A stretch of 64,000 nt of DNA from Raillietiella orientalis (GCA_036172245.1 JAYWIR010000042.1:930001-994000); one strand, 5' to 3'. Positions 14,869-28,020 are shown, counted from the first letter of the stretch. Notes: generated by a model not told the origin, from the letters alone. Made by a program: numbers and translations.

Positions 14869-15189
14869 GTGTTTCACACTATGAAAATTGATGCTATACA
14901 GCTGGAGACACTTACTAGACCGAATCATATCTTCTCCTCAAAAGCAGGTTTTTCTAGCCTTTCTGGAATGAAGGATATGAAGATGATGCAAGCTAACCTT
15001 GACTTCCGTGGATCCCTCAGTTTACAAAGAATCCTTAAAGTTGCTGTTCACTCCACCTCAGCTCAAGTTCGCACTGCCCTCCATCTAGCGTTGGCATCCG
15101 AGAGCCTAACTTGGATCAGACTGTGCGAAGAGTTCCTAAATAACAGTGTTTCGGAGACGCTAGAAATTTTAGAGATCAGGCAGATTTAG
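14869..15189 (+). pseudogene. Decayed LRR gene fragment
   Basis: LETLTRPNHIFSSKAGFSSL, LALASESLTWIRL and ETLEILEIRQI in one frame. Confidence 0.4.
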
Positions 15190-17637
15190 TAGCTTCGTCT
15201 CTTAGGTGGCCGCAGATGCTTGTACAGCGGTCACTAAGACTCTACTCAACAGTTCTTACCATGCGCGCTGCCTCGTTTAGTCTTTCCTCGGAATGAAGTC
15301 AAGGCCAGTCGGGGAACTGTACTCTGGATGAACTTGTGGGCATGAATACCTTTGGGGAAGCAATGCATTTATGGTTTCTACTGGTGGAAATAGAAACAGG
15401 GTTCACAAGCTCCTTGAGGGTGTATGGAATGTCCAAGGAAGCATTAAGGAAAGCCAGATTGGTCTCGAGGGGAAATCGCTGGCTTCAGAAAGGAAGAGAA
15501 AGCCGGCCGGAAAATGGCGGGTCATTGGGAAACGGCATTTTGGAAAGTCGAAAAATCTGAGTGGGATGGGAGCAACGCGCGATCAAAGTGCTACTGCCTG
15601 TGATTTATCTGCCAGCTTATCTTTTCGGAGATACACGGGAGAAGAGGAGGTGCAAGGGAGGCGCTTATCGTGGACAACCTCGAAGCTATGGTTTTCTTTT
15701 TTCAGGTCGACTCTTCCTTCAGACCCCAAAGCCGGAGTTTTTCTTCACGGCTCCTCAAAGCTCAAAGAATCGAGGTCCTCGTAATCAACTCATGTCTGGG
15801 CCGGAAGATGGCCGCAAGCTGCTCTAGAAATTTCTCAGAAGGATCCAGATTAACCGTCTTTCTGACACTAGAATTGTAGAGAACAAAGACGTTCTTGGCT
15901 TCAAGTTTACTCCCGCGTCTCCTGACGAGCACTGAAGGGAAGATGAGCGGCTCAGCATCTCTGAGAGAAGGAACTTGCTGGTAGCAGGAATCCGGAAGAA
16001 CGTCGCCTCACTTTTCGCCCCGAGTGCTTCCTTCCACCACGCCAGAGAAGTCGAACTTACTGCTCTCTTCTGTTACATGGAGCACAGGAGAGGATCCTGT
16101 GTTTGAGATTGATGGTGAGAGGTCTCGGACTTCGAGGAGAAAATGGCTTCTAAGATTTTCTCCGAGGAAGCTCATAGCAGCAAGACGCTGTCTTCGGGTA
16201 TGGAGCCGTCTTTTGGCGTTGCCTTATTAGGATGCACGAGGACGAGACAGGGAGGAAAACTCCTCTCTCGGTGTCTTCTGGACTGCTCCTCCGTTCAGCC
16301 GGATTGCAGAGTGAAGTTCTTCAGGATGAGAATTGGGTATTTCAGATGAGAATTTCGACCAAAAGAGGATTGCCGTTCCTCGGACACTCGATGCTGCTGT
16401 ATAATCCAAAGGGAACAGCAGGGTGATAGCCTCTTTTGGACATCCCAGAAAAGAGACCGTGCTGATGGGAGCCTCTAGCAAACCTCGTATGAGTGGTCCC
16501 TCTCGGGAAGAAAACGTCTTCAGCGTCTGCAATTCCCGCTGCTTTCTGTTCGCCACCCAGTTCGTGCAAGGCTTCGTGGACTGGAGCAGTTGCCACCCCC
16601 GCCCTCTCTCTGGCACTTTGGGAGCTCGAAATCTGCTGCGAGTTTCTGTCGCCATCACTACGAGTTTTTGCGTCAATCCACGATGCAACTGATCCTTTTG
16701 TGTGTCTCCTCCAATCTCTTGCATGATATCAAATCTTTCGGAAGCTGAATATCTGAAAAGAGGCTTGAAAAACAAAACAAAACAAAACACCTTCTCCACA
16801 AGAATCCTACTTTCGAATCGAAGGAACAGCACTGATGAGGAAAGTAAGAGAAATGGGTACTCGTGGTTCATCTTCTCTTGAGTTGCATTCGTTCAAGGAG
16901 GAATAATCTTCAAGCTTGCCAAATATCGAAAGAATATTTTGATAGGAATGGCCATCCTGAAGCTGAAAGCGCCTGCGAATGTGTGCGCATGTAATGACCC
17001 CATAAAATGAATCAATGTTGCCTTCTTTTTTTTTTGGTTAGCTTTTTCCGGAACTCCAGAGAATATCGTGTTGTGTCGCAAAGGTCCCTTCCTGAATGAT
17101 CTTAGGCTCGTATCTAAAAAAGTGAGCTCCCCCATCCTGGAAGTGCTGGTAGGCGTGCAGCATACGAATCACTCCGAGAAGAAAAAGCCATGCAGTGGAA
17201 ACTTTGAATCATTTCAGCTCACAATCCTTGTGAGGAAGATTGGCTTGCATATCAAGAGACGCAGGTTGCACGATTCCACCTGGAGCTGCGCCAGGGTTTG
17301 CATTTCAGAGCGCGAGTCCAAAAGCATGATCTCCAGGTTTTCCGAAACACAATTCTCAGTATTCAGTACCTTGTTCCCACCGGAGCCTCCACGATTTTCA
17401 GATTTGCAAAGCAAAGGATCCATTCCTGCCATCCTTCCATTGCATGTCAATTGCTCCCAAGCACTGCGTGCACCGTGAGACCCCAAGATTACCAGATCCC
17501 AAGATCACCGCCTAAGGTGTGCGTCCTTGTTGGAAAACGATCTCCAAAAGGCTTTCAAGGTTGCTTCAGGAGGCTTCATCTAAAATGCGTTCACCGACCG
17601 AGTTCCCGCCTCTTATTGAAGGAACCGGGAGAAAGCC

Positions 17638-17784
17638 GGAGCCTCTCTTTTTGTATTGGGAGACACCTTAAGGACTTTTTGTCCTTCCGCGGACAGCGGA
17701 CTAAGATTCGAGATGTTGCGGCTATTTGTAGGTCACTTCATAAAATCGAACATCACTTTGAATTCTCTGTGGCACTGGGTCTTG
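17638..17784. repeat. 147-bp direct repeat, copy 2 (partner 14217-14365)
   Basis: Same orientation as copy 1, 3.4 kb downstream. Confidence 0.95.
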
Positions 17785-19739
17785 CGTGACGATCTGCCAG
17801 AGCTTGATGATTAAGTGGATGCTGGAGAGCCATTCTGCATTAAAAACAAGTTGGGCAGTCTATTCTTATTATTTTTTTCATCTTCCCACGATAGGGAACC
17901 CTATCCGAGTTTTATTTCCCGAACAGCTCCACGCAATGAAGCTTCAGAAGGATTTTTTTTTTCTTCCTCGTTGCGGTTTTGTCCACCCGAAGGATGGCCA
18001 TGTAATCGAAATTGTCATCGGCCGTTCGGTTCTGATTGCAATGCAAGACGAAAGAGCGCTTCCGGTTCCTCAGTCAATCGACGAGATGCAGTAATTGTTC
18101 CCGTGAAGCAGGACTGCTCATCCCTGGTAAAATAGGCTCGGTAAATCATAAAAGCAATTCCAGATCCACGTTGAAGATAGTGGCTTTTAAGTTAAATTGA
18201 TTCTTGTTCCTTATTTTCGGGATGACGGTGATTTGTCCCGAATAAACGCACAGCGAGAAGAGAGCGTTTTCCTTGGTCGCGCCTGCGCGCTCGCGCGTTC
18301 CGCGGAGCACACGGAGCGAAATTCCATCTCTCCCCGCCGCAGCCTCCAGTCGCATTTCGTCGAGGAGCGAATCCCGTGGGAAAGTGCGTTGGTGTTCGAA
18401 AGAGGAAGCAAACGAGCCTCCGTGGTCGCGCGAGGCCGCTCCGTTTTTGTCGCGTCAGCACCCCGAGTTATTGCTTGCTCCCTGACGTTGTCACGATGCT
18501 GCTGCTGCAGATTACAGGAGCTGACTGCTGGAAAAGGGCATCGCATATGGTGCACGACCACACGGGAAACCGGGAACCGCTTCCTTCCGAGACCGCGGCC
18601 TCGCTCGCGGTGCTTTTCCCTCTGGACAGACCGGGCTGACGAACAACGTCAGCTACCGGCGCGCCGCAGCCTGACGTCTCCCAGCCCGCGTTCGGTGCCT
18701 CTCTGAAGGGCTCCACCACCATCCGGTTTCCGAAATGAAGGACCGGCCAACGTTGCCGCGTCTTCTGTAGCATGCGAGATGGCAAGCGGAACGTCCAACT
18801 CAGCGTTTCCAGCACCGGGAGCGGCCCACGACCAAGAGATGGCGCAACGTCTTCCCGCCTTTCCCTGCGGGGGAGCAAGCATTTTGCGGGAGACTGGACG
18901 AATCCTTTGGAGCATCGGTGCCGATCGGGTCGAAAAAAACACAAAGCACCGCAGAGTGCTGACGCTGGACCAAAAGTTGCGTTGAGCCTCGAAACGCCCC
19001 TGGGAGTTTGCAGGAATTTGAATTCCCACGTGAAGTAACGCTCAGAAGGATTCGTGCGCTCCATCGCAAGAAAGGTTTCCAGAAACACCGAAAGGATTTA
19101 AAGGGAACATTGATGCTATGCGTTCGGCTGCTGTGGATCTTTTTCCTCTCGTCTTCGACTTTCGGTGATGCGATCTCTGCAGAGAACTGAACCCATGAAA
19201 TCCAAAGATTCCGCTAAGAGTATTGGCATGTCGAAAGCGCTTAATAAATGAATAAATAAATGAAACGAGGTAGGAAGCAAGGAGAGGTCCTCCTTTCTAG
19301 TCTTAAGACATGCATCCCACAGCATTGGTATGTTTTTTTTTTTTTTTCTTGCAGTCTCTGCAGGATTAAGGCACATACATTGCTCACGTGAAAGCAGGAT
19401 GCTCTCTCTCGCTACGACGGCTCCGGAAGCAGTCGCTTTTCAGCTGTTTGCAGCAGCCCTCAGAGGAACTGCGTTGAAATGGTGGATTTAATGCTTCCAA
19501 ACCAGCCACTCGAGAAACCAAGCATGAGCTGATAACCACTCTTAGGCGCGTTCGGAAGCAAAGGGCGTCTTGGCTGCAGGCGTAGAACTCGTTCTGCAAT
19601 TCACTTGGAGCGAATTCCAGAGAAGCACGGATGACAAAGAGATTCCGATGCTATTTGCATACAATAAGCGAATCCATCCCGAATAACGAGTGTCCACTGG
19701 ATGGCGTCCTGACAGCAACGCGCAGCTTCCTGATTCGCG

Positions 19740-20150
19740 TCCCTCAACGATAAAGAACTTGAAAAGAGCTCCAGAGCCATCAGATTTTCTCCATTTTGTT
19801 CTCGTGAAGAATCGCGAGCCGGGGATCGGGAATCTTACGAGACGGGAGATTCCTTCGTATCGGGCAGCAGTTCCTGCTATGGGAGTGGCTTCATTGATGG
19901 CTACTTCCCATGTGCAAGGAGACTCCTGCGCCAGCTGCATCGATGACATTGTCTGCTCCGTGAGGGAACACGCTCCGGCGCCTGGAAGTCCTGTATGTCT
20001 CCACAAACCATTTCGCTTCGATGGATGCCGCTTATTCGTGAGACCCCCGACCAAGTAGCGGCAGTGCCACGTATCTGTTGCTGTTCCTCCGCCGAGAGCG
20101 ACCGAGATGCCTCTGGTCGAGACAGCGCCCGCGATCTGTACAGGAATCCC
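19740..20150 (+). pseudogene. Decayed LRR fragment
   Basis: TLRRLEVLYVSTNHFASM (19970-20023) fits LxxLxxLxLxxNxLxxL; flanked by stops; FLHFVLVKNR upstream and DQVAAVPRI downstream in other frames. Confidence 0.35.
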
Positions 20151-21330
20151 GGGGCGCAAGGGGCCTCGGATTGGAATTCCGGTCCTATGGTTTTCCACAG
20201 ATGCTTCCAGTTCCCTAGGAACGTTTGCTCCTAGACAGTGCTCTGAGTTGCGCACGGACCGGCCGCCATGTGGGATGTGGCAGGTCTGCCCTCATGACCG
20301 CTTATGGACCTCCCGCTGCAGCACACTGAGGGGCTGCTCCTTGCATCGCTCCACACAGCTGCCGTTCCCCTATTCCTAACGCCACGAATGAAGGGGGAAC
20401 AGAAAGAAAAAAAATTCGACGACCCTACGGACTACGGACATGACTGTTCCAAGCTCTCGGAATCTTTCGCAGCTGCCGTCGTGAGTTGTGCAGGCAAAGT
20501 TCCCTCCGGTTTTTAGATCTTTGGAATTTTGGAAGTCATCTGGACTTTTCCGGTACCACGGGGAAACCTCGTTACTAAAAAGCTCCGAGTACGCTTTCCA
20601 CTTTCAAGGTTTTAATGATCATGCCCAAATTACATGGTAATGATTTTGGAGATGTACGCATCTCTTATAGCCAGTTTAAGCGCTTGAGTACTAGATAATA
20701 GAGATTGCCCGTAAGAGTTGACTGTACAGTTTATGCTGATCAGTTCATTAATTGGCTGGGTAATTCAAGGGGGATAGGATGTTGGGTAACTAAGAAGATC
20801 AACTAATTACAATCCATTTGCAGGAGGGAATCATCGGATGTAGTGAGCGAGTTTCATTTCGATGACTGCGAGTCACCGAGTCGATCTCGATCGATGGCTG
20901 GAAGGGAAAGGAAGGCTATTCTGTCGTCCGGCACACGCTTCGAAAAAAGTAACTCAGATTTCCGTGGAAACGGTGAGTGCTAGGGAGGCATGATCTCTGG
21001 ATGAAATGAATCACCAAGAGGTTGTTAAAAGCGCTCCAAAGATTACAGGATGGAGGAGGGGAAGAGAAGAAAGGGATGCTTATTTTTTTTGTAAAGTTGC
21101 ATCGCATTTGGGGGGGAGGAAAAAAAAATGAAAGTTGCTGATGGACTGAGCCCTCAGGATGATTTGGCAGGGCTCTGGGATTGGGAAATGCGGCACGCCG
21201 TTCCATCCAGTTGATTGAGCGGCGGCAATTAAGCCACTGAGTATTTGTGTCTCAAACTGCTACGTGTAGATATTCGTTCATTAGGCAACACCAGTTCTGC
21301 GCGAAACCAAAACCACCCACAAGCTAGTGT

Positions 21331-22072
21331 TGCATAGTAGCGCACAGCTGGTGATAAACCAGTAGCGTCCTAATCTGAAAACCGTTGCGGATAGCACCAA
21401 AAGCTCGCGGGTTCGAATCCCATCCGGGGGAAACATCGATGCCAGAGGAATGGGTGCTTCGTCGGTGTTTCGAGTCCACCCCGCAGGATGACGCTGGTTG
21501 GTTTGCAGGCTTCGGGTGTCCCCGCTCACTGGCTCGGATGGGTGGATACCTTCCGGGGTCCTTCCGGGAATCCAAGGAGTCGGTTTTCCTTCGCGGTTAC
21601 CCCTCCGGCTGTAAAAGTGGAGCCGCACCGTGGATCTGGTTGATTCCCCGTTCGGACTCGGGTGGTTGCCTCCCCAGTGTCAAGAAGCTCTCTGCTCCCT
21701 TTGGAGAAATTTGAGAAGAGTCCCCTCTGAGAAGAAATTCAAGGAGCGGATCCTCTCTGAGTTTCCTTCGGAGGAGAAACGAGAAGCAAACTCCCTCCGG
21801 GAACCACTCCGGAGAGATTAAGGAAGAATTTCTTTCCCAGGATTTCCTTGGGGGACAACCAGGGCGAGGGTCTCCCGTCAGGCGTGAGAGGAAAGGACTT
21901 TTTTCCCTTGAGAGTCTTCCTGGATTCCATAGGGTGGTCCCTACGTGGCCGCTCCCTAACTTCGAGAGTTACACCCACCCTCGGGTGGCGTGGACAGTAT
22001 TTAAAGAGCTTTGTGAGCCCCCTCTAAGAAAGCGAACGGTCCTCCAGTTCTTGACGAACCAAAAAAAAAAAA
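21331..22072 (+). mobile_element. tRNA-derived SINE, copy A (~740 bp)
   Basis: A-box-like TAGCGCACAGCTGG (21338-21351), B-box GGTTCGAATCC (21410-21420), body alignable by eye to 50610-51400 and to the reverse of 29041-29410, poly(A)12 at 22061-22072. Confidence 0.7.
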
Positions 22073-23129
22073 GAATGAAAGTACAAGTACCAGCAATGCA
22101 GGTACATGGATGACGCGCGCCACTCCACCCCATTCCTCTTCCTGGGTGCTTGAAGCAAATGTGAGTTTCATCAACGCGCGGAATTCTCTCTATTCATTCC
22201 TTCATGCGCAGGGTGCCTCGGGAGAATATGGCACCAGCGTCAGTCAGCCATGGTAACAAACAAGCACACGGTGTGCTGGAAAGCGATGGTCACCCGATTG
22301 GCCTTTGGGGAAAACCACGCCTGCCAGATGGAATTGCGTTGCAGAACTTTCGCGACCTGCATGCCGTGTGCGCTCAATTGAAACGCAAGGCTCACCGTCG
22401 CTCGGCGACGAAGAATCAGCCACCTAATCTTCGAGCGAACCCGGATCACAGCTAGCGGGACGCGCAAACGCTCTGGACAGTTACGAGAAGCAGACCGAAA
22501 CAGGACACGTTCCGTTGTTTCAAGGACCCGAGAGAGACGCACCGGGAGCAGCGCACGTTCTCAGATGACCCTGCACACCAGCTGGCACGAACGTCGCGGC
22601 GGGCGCGGATGCGGGGTGGCGCTCGATCACCTGGCGGCATCTTCGAGATAAAGCGTTCACGCGAATGGGAAGCTGAGGATCTCGGGCGCGCGTCCCTTAG
22701 GATCCAGGGGCTGGTGCGTGGGAGCTCGGGCTCGTGACGTGGTCAATGGCTCTCATGGAGCGAGGATACCCTCGCCCTTGGGCACGAAACGCACGTGACT
22801 TTCGAGGTGGGCGGAGAACCTTCTCTAGTGACATCCTTTAGCCTGATGGGGAAACTGCAGCAAGGCCTGTGGGCAAACCTGAGGCGTCGGGCTTTTGGAT
22901 GATCACGTGACCGCGGGAAAGGCAATGAAGCAACCAGATTAGTAACATGCAACCTTTCCAGAGGGCTGTGGTTCACTGTCTCTGGAGGAAAGTGCGCGAG
23001 AGAGGAATTTAATCCTCATGGCTTCTTCATGTTTGCATTTGGCAAAAGAATCTGTAAATCCCAGAAGTACCCTTTGTATATGCGTTCTTATCTGCTTTTT
23101 CGCAACACGGGAACAAAGACAATCCGACT

Positions 23130-23790
23130 TGGAATTTTTTAGGACGAGTTCAGAGAGATGCGCTTCACACACAAAAAAAATCCTTTCATTACTCATGTAT
23201 CCCTCATCGCTTAGAGTTTCTCCAATTTCTCTAATGGGAAAGAACTTCGAGTAGAATTCCTGCTCATCAGCTTCGACAGCTGGTTCGTCGGATGCACCCT
23301 AAGGCTCATGAGGTTTTTTCCTTCTAACCAGCCCCCGCATCCAGTGAAGGAAATGTCATCCATCGGGAAGAATGGGAAGGAGAGCGTCGTGGAAGCTTTC
23401 GAGAAAAGACTCGTCTCCTCGAAAGATGTTTGACACATGTTTAGGCAGTTTGCCAGGAATCGGAGTAAGTCAAGGTCGGTGAGAACACGTAAACTACCCG
23501 GGTTCCACACGTGTGCACATGTGTAGAAGTACCAATCACGCGCACAGCATCCTTTCTCAATGCACGCTCAAATCCTCGATGCTGCAATGCATCCGTCCTA
23601 ATGAAACAGAGCAGGCAGTAGGAGAGATGCGGAAGTACTGCAAAGGGCGCTTGCATTCAGTGGCCTTTTGGTTGGAAAAGGCAGAAATTCGGGAGATGTT
23701 ACCGATGGAACCTGGAACAGATGGAAGCTCGACAAATTTAGCATTCATAAACCTATCCAATCTTCCTAGGTACAAGTACCACTCCCGAAT
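23130..23790 (-). pseudogene. Decayed LRR gene copy, near full length, frameshifted
   Basis: Collinear motifs across frames: VELPSVPGSIGNIS, PFAVLPHLSYCLL, SIEDLSVH*, SLRVLTDLDLLRF, TTLSFPFF, WLEGKNLMSL, TRSSFP..LEKL, ETLSDEG..FVCEAHLSELV. Confidence 0.5.
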
Positions 23791-26700
23791 TTAGGAAACA
23801 CGTAGGAAAGGCTGTTCTTGTCGTTTTTTTCTTTAAGACTTGCTTGTTAGAATGGCGAGCCACGGAGAGTGTTGAAAATAAGAAAGCAACCACCTTCAAG
23901 AGAAAGCATTGCAGAATCAGTTGCTATTCTCCTGTATCCGTCCAAGTGCAGTAGCAAAGAGACAGCCAAGCATCGCTTGTTGTCTCTGTACTAGGTTAAA
24001 CAAGACTCTTCGTGATGTCTCGCTGGAAGCTGGAGACCCATGAAAAGGAGTGCCATGTCAAATGACTACAATGGACTTCCTGAGGGCCAGACAAGTCAGT
24101 GAAACAGAATCAGAATTCCGGACGAAAAGATTTCCGTCTTCAAAGAAACTCGCAACAACTCTGAACAGAGGTATCTTTCGTTGGAACTCGAAAGGAACGC
24201 CGATGGCTCTGCAAAGAAAGTACAAACTCTTGGCAATTTCCTCTTAGTACTTCTCCGGCACAGATCCCTATTTTTGCGCCATCTCTCTTCCAGAAGGCTC
24301 TGAAAACAAACATTCATTTACGCCGGTTGATAACCTAAGCATTCGTAAGTGCTCCCCTTAGAAACGGAAGAATGTTGCTCCTCGAATTTCGAATTCTCAG
24401 GCGAATCAAGCTGCAACCAGCCTGCGGGTAGCCTAGATCCAAAGGAAGGAATCGTAGCATCTATAAAAGAGCGCGTGCGGCGGTCAGCAGGAAGCTGGCG
24501 ATCTTCCTCTCGCGTGCATGCGTGCTCCGAGGGCTGTGGAAGCGATGGTCGCTTCGGAAGAGAACAGCAAAGATACGGGGCGGCGTACCGCGCGGAAGAC
24601 AAAGCTCCGGAGACGTCTTTCCGTCGGCAGGACGTCAAGGAAGAGCGAACCGTAGGAGCCCGCAGGAGCCCTCGCCGCACGGTGCCAGCGCCTCCGCCAG
24701 GCCTTCCGAAACTGCGGTAGCCGAAGATCCATCAGGACACCCTTTTCAAGGAGAGGCGACTTCCGGGAGTGCTAGACAGATCTTCTCTGGCTCTAGGAAC
24801 CCGACAACTAGCGGCTGTTCACCGTTAGGGGCGTACTGGGGTGGGCGGTCGCAGATACTCCACAGGTATACGCAAGACTGCCCCTCTTTCTGGGCTTACC
24901 TTAGCGAGGCGAGGATGGGGGGAAAGGGGGTGAGATGGGAGCCTCGTCTTTGTTTCGTAGCGGAACTGCCATAGCGATTGCTCCCAATGACCCGACGTCA
25001 GGGGCTGCAACCCTCAATCGGAGCTCCCCAGCTGCAGCCGAAGGGCAAATCTCAGGATTTTGTTCTTCTCCTTTGGATGTTGCGGCGGTGCGTTGGCAGC
25101 GAGTTGTGAGAATCCCGTGATGCGGCGGCAGGATGTTGGATGTGGCTCTGCAGAAGGAGCACAGAGCCAAGGAGCCGCCTTCTCCTTGAGAAGGCGATAC
25201 GGTGCGGAAAATTGGCCTACGAACGACACTAACGCAACACGATAAAAGAAATGAAGTTTCTGACATAATGCCTTCCGTCCTAATTCTTCGCCATGATGTG
25301 AAGAGTGCGTGCGTACCAAGAGCTGCAAATCGAAGTCTCCATGCCTTTTCGTCCATTTGTAGGCGGTTTCTCCAGGCCGTCTCGGTGCACCGTTGATCCC
25401 TCCAACTTTCTAATTCATGTTTAGGAGCGATGGTTAAAAATGGTCCATTCAACTTATCCCGGATTCGCTGATGCCCTTGCAATTCCGCGCCTATTCACGA
25501 TCAGCAATGGAGAAAGAAAAAAAAGGAATCAAGCTTCAGCCAGCCTGCGGGCACCCTAGATCCAAAGGAGGGAACTGCAGCATCCAAAGATTTTTGGAAG
25601 AACATCCCTGGAAGTCAAGCATCAGGCTGTTATCGAATGCAGTACATATCACTGAACTGGACCGAATCACGAATGATTCTACGACGTCTTTCCTGGGAGG
25701 CTGCCTCCCCGAGATGCAGAAGGTGCGGAGCGGTGGAATCATTCCCACACCTGGTATGCGATTGAGGTGCATCTCAAGAAATGTGATGCAGGCTGCCTTC
25801 AGGACTCCTGCACCAGGGGGACGTTGCCATCCACGTGATGCGGCGGTTCTTCACGCGAGGCAGCCTCTCGCTAGGCGCGGTCATCTGAACGATAAGTTAC
25901 ATCCGCGCCACCGTCACGTTCCACCACGTGTTGGAGACGCAAGCAGAACGGAGAAGGATCACCAGGATTGCAGATGCCAACATGAGGACGGCTGCTAGCA
26001 GGCCTCATCTCAAAGAAGAAGTGAGGAAGCTTCACTCCGGCATTTAGCGTAGGTCTTGAAAAGAAATGGCCAGTGCCAAAGATCCCTGTCCTCACTCACC
26101 CCCCACATCTTTTTTTGTATTTTTGTATAAATCTATGATACCCTTTCTTCAGTTCCGGACTTTCGGAGTCCCCGACCTGGGTGTCGGGGAACCCTAACCC
26201 CTGCCCTGAACATCGTTTCTATTAGTAACCAAGTTCCCAGATTCCTAGATGGTTTGTTCGATCTTCCGGATAAACGCCCCGGCACAACCGGGTGATTAAT
26301 GACGTCTTTTCTTGAATACTGAATCACTGGTTGCTTGTGTAAGAGGCTATCTTTCCTGGTTGAGATCGCGTCTTGAAGACCGGAACGATTTAAACAAGTT
26401 TCCATGAATTACTGAAAGACGGGCTGACCTAACCTAATCAGTAACAGGGAAACGTCATTCCGAGCGAAGCCAGATTCATGCTGCTTGTGCAGTAAGTCGT
26501 TAAGATTGGTATTTTGTGGAGTCCAAAGAAGCAAATTCGTGATAATTCTGGAATCGAATTCGTGATAATTCTTCCCACTCATCGTCACGGAGGAGCAGTG
26601 GCTCTTGACTCTCTTCATGCGAGGGAAATGGGAACGACATTCAGCATTTGCCGGAGGAACCGATGTTCAATCTCTCCCCCCTACCGTCCTTCTCAAGCGA

Positions 26701-26799
26701 TCATGAGGATTTACTCGGGTTTTCCGTCTTCTGCTTGGAGCGAGGGGCAGAAAGTGAGCGCTGAAGCAGAAACAAGAACCCGCCTTGAGGAAACACTCC

Positions 26800-27470
26800 G
26801 ATCTCAGAATGCTCCTAAGTAACAGGATGGATGGTGCAGGACTTTCTAACGACACTGCTCGCGATTCCCTGAGCCAGTGTCTGGGATCCTTGAATTTCCA
26901 AAAGGGGCGTGTTTGCTGGGTCCGTTTCCTTTGTGGGTGTGTCGGTGTTTCTACTCAGCCGCTAGGCACAAGGATGCTGCTTGGTAAGAAGTTCTGTAAT
27001 GAGAATCCTGAAATTCGTCTCACCGGAACAGAAGTTACCACTCTTTTAAAATTGAAATCCACGATGTGGAGCGTGCATCTGTTAAATCATTCCTGACAGC
27101 TTCTGAGTCTCTCATCCAGCGAGTCGGACGAGATAAAGGTCCATCGCTCTTGCAGAGAACAAAACCTGCTGGTACGAACGGATGCGAAAGTTTGGCAAGT
27201 GTGCCTATTTCGGCGACTAAGTCTTCATGGGCAATCGAATGTGGATGCAAAAGTCGCTCTCTCGTGGTGCCGTTCACGCAGGCACATCCTGGATGGTAGT
27301 CTTCGAGACATGAAATAAAGTTCTGGTTTTGTTGGCGGAGAGCGGTACGTCCAAAAGTTTTTCGATTGAAATCACCCTCATCTCAGAGACACGGAATCCG
27401 TTTCTCGACAAAGATCTTGGAAACTTGGAAGTAGCGGAAGGGGAATAATTCCTCAATGGGTTATCTGCTT
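26800..27470 (+). pseudogene. Decayed LRR gene copy
   Basis: CLGSLNFQK, EIRLTGTEVTTLLKLKS, SVKSFLT, ESLASVPISA, EITLISETRNPF..LEVAEGE*FLNG, in the same order as other copies. Confidence 0.4.
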
Positions 27471-27479
27471 AGTGAATTG

Positions 27480-28020
27480 CCTTAGTTCGAGAGGCGGTTC
27501 ACATTTAAGGATGCACATGGCCGTTCCGGATTCCATTTTGAAAATAAGTTGCGGTGCCATAGATATTCCTTCCCGAGGATTCCGAGAAGCACATTCCTGG
27601 AAATTTCGCTTCCGTTTTGAATTCCACGGGCTTCCGTATTCATTACTTCGCCTGCTATCAGTTTCTTCGAGATACCCGCAATAATCCACAGCACCCTGAA
27701 AATTCGAGAAAAGTGCGATTCGTTCCTCCGCAGCATTCAGCTGGATACCTCGAGTCTCGTTCAAGGAAACGATACACATTTTAAGTCGGGAAATCTTCTC
27801 ATAAGTTGATGAAATCGCTTCTAATAAGGGAAGCGTAAACCACAAAAACCAAAAAGAATGGGATCCGTGTAGTTTGGGTGATGGAGAAAATCCTTACATA
27901 GTAATTTGGTTTCCACGAATGCTATTGGCACAAAAATTCCCAATACTGATCTTGGCACAATGTACTCCCTCATGGACTTGCAAGCATCTTTGGGTCCATT
28001 CGAGTGCGAATTCATCACAT
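27480..28020 (-). pseudogene. Decayed LRR gene copy, convergent with the preceding copy
   Basis: LGIFVPIAFVETKL, LEAISSTYEKISRLKMCIVSLNE, VLLGILGKEYLWHRNL. Confidence 0.35.

Noticed and set aside
21331..21430. Functional tRNA genes here and at 50610-50700
   Set aside because: B-boxes are perfect, but no convincing cloverleaf or acceptor stem forms, and both continue into a shared SINE body.
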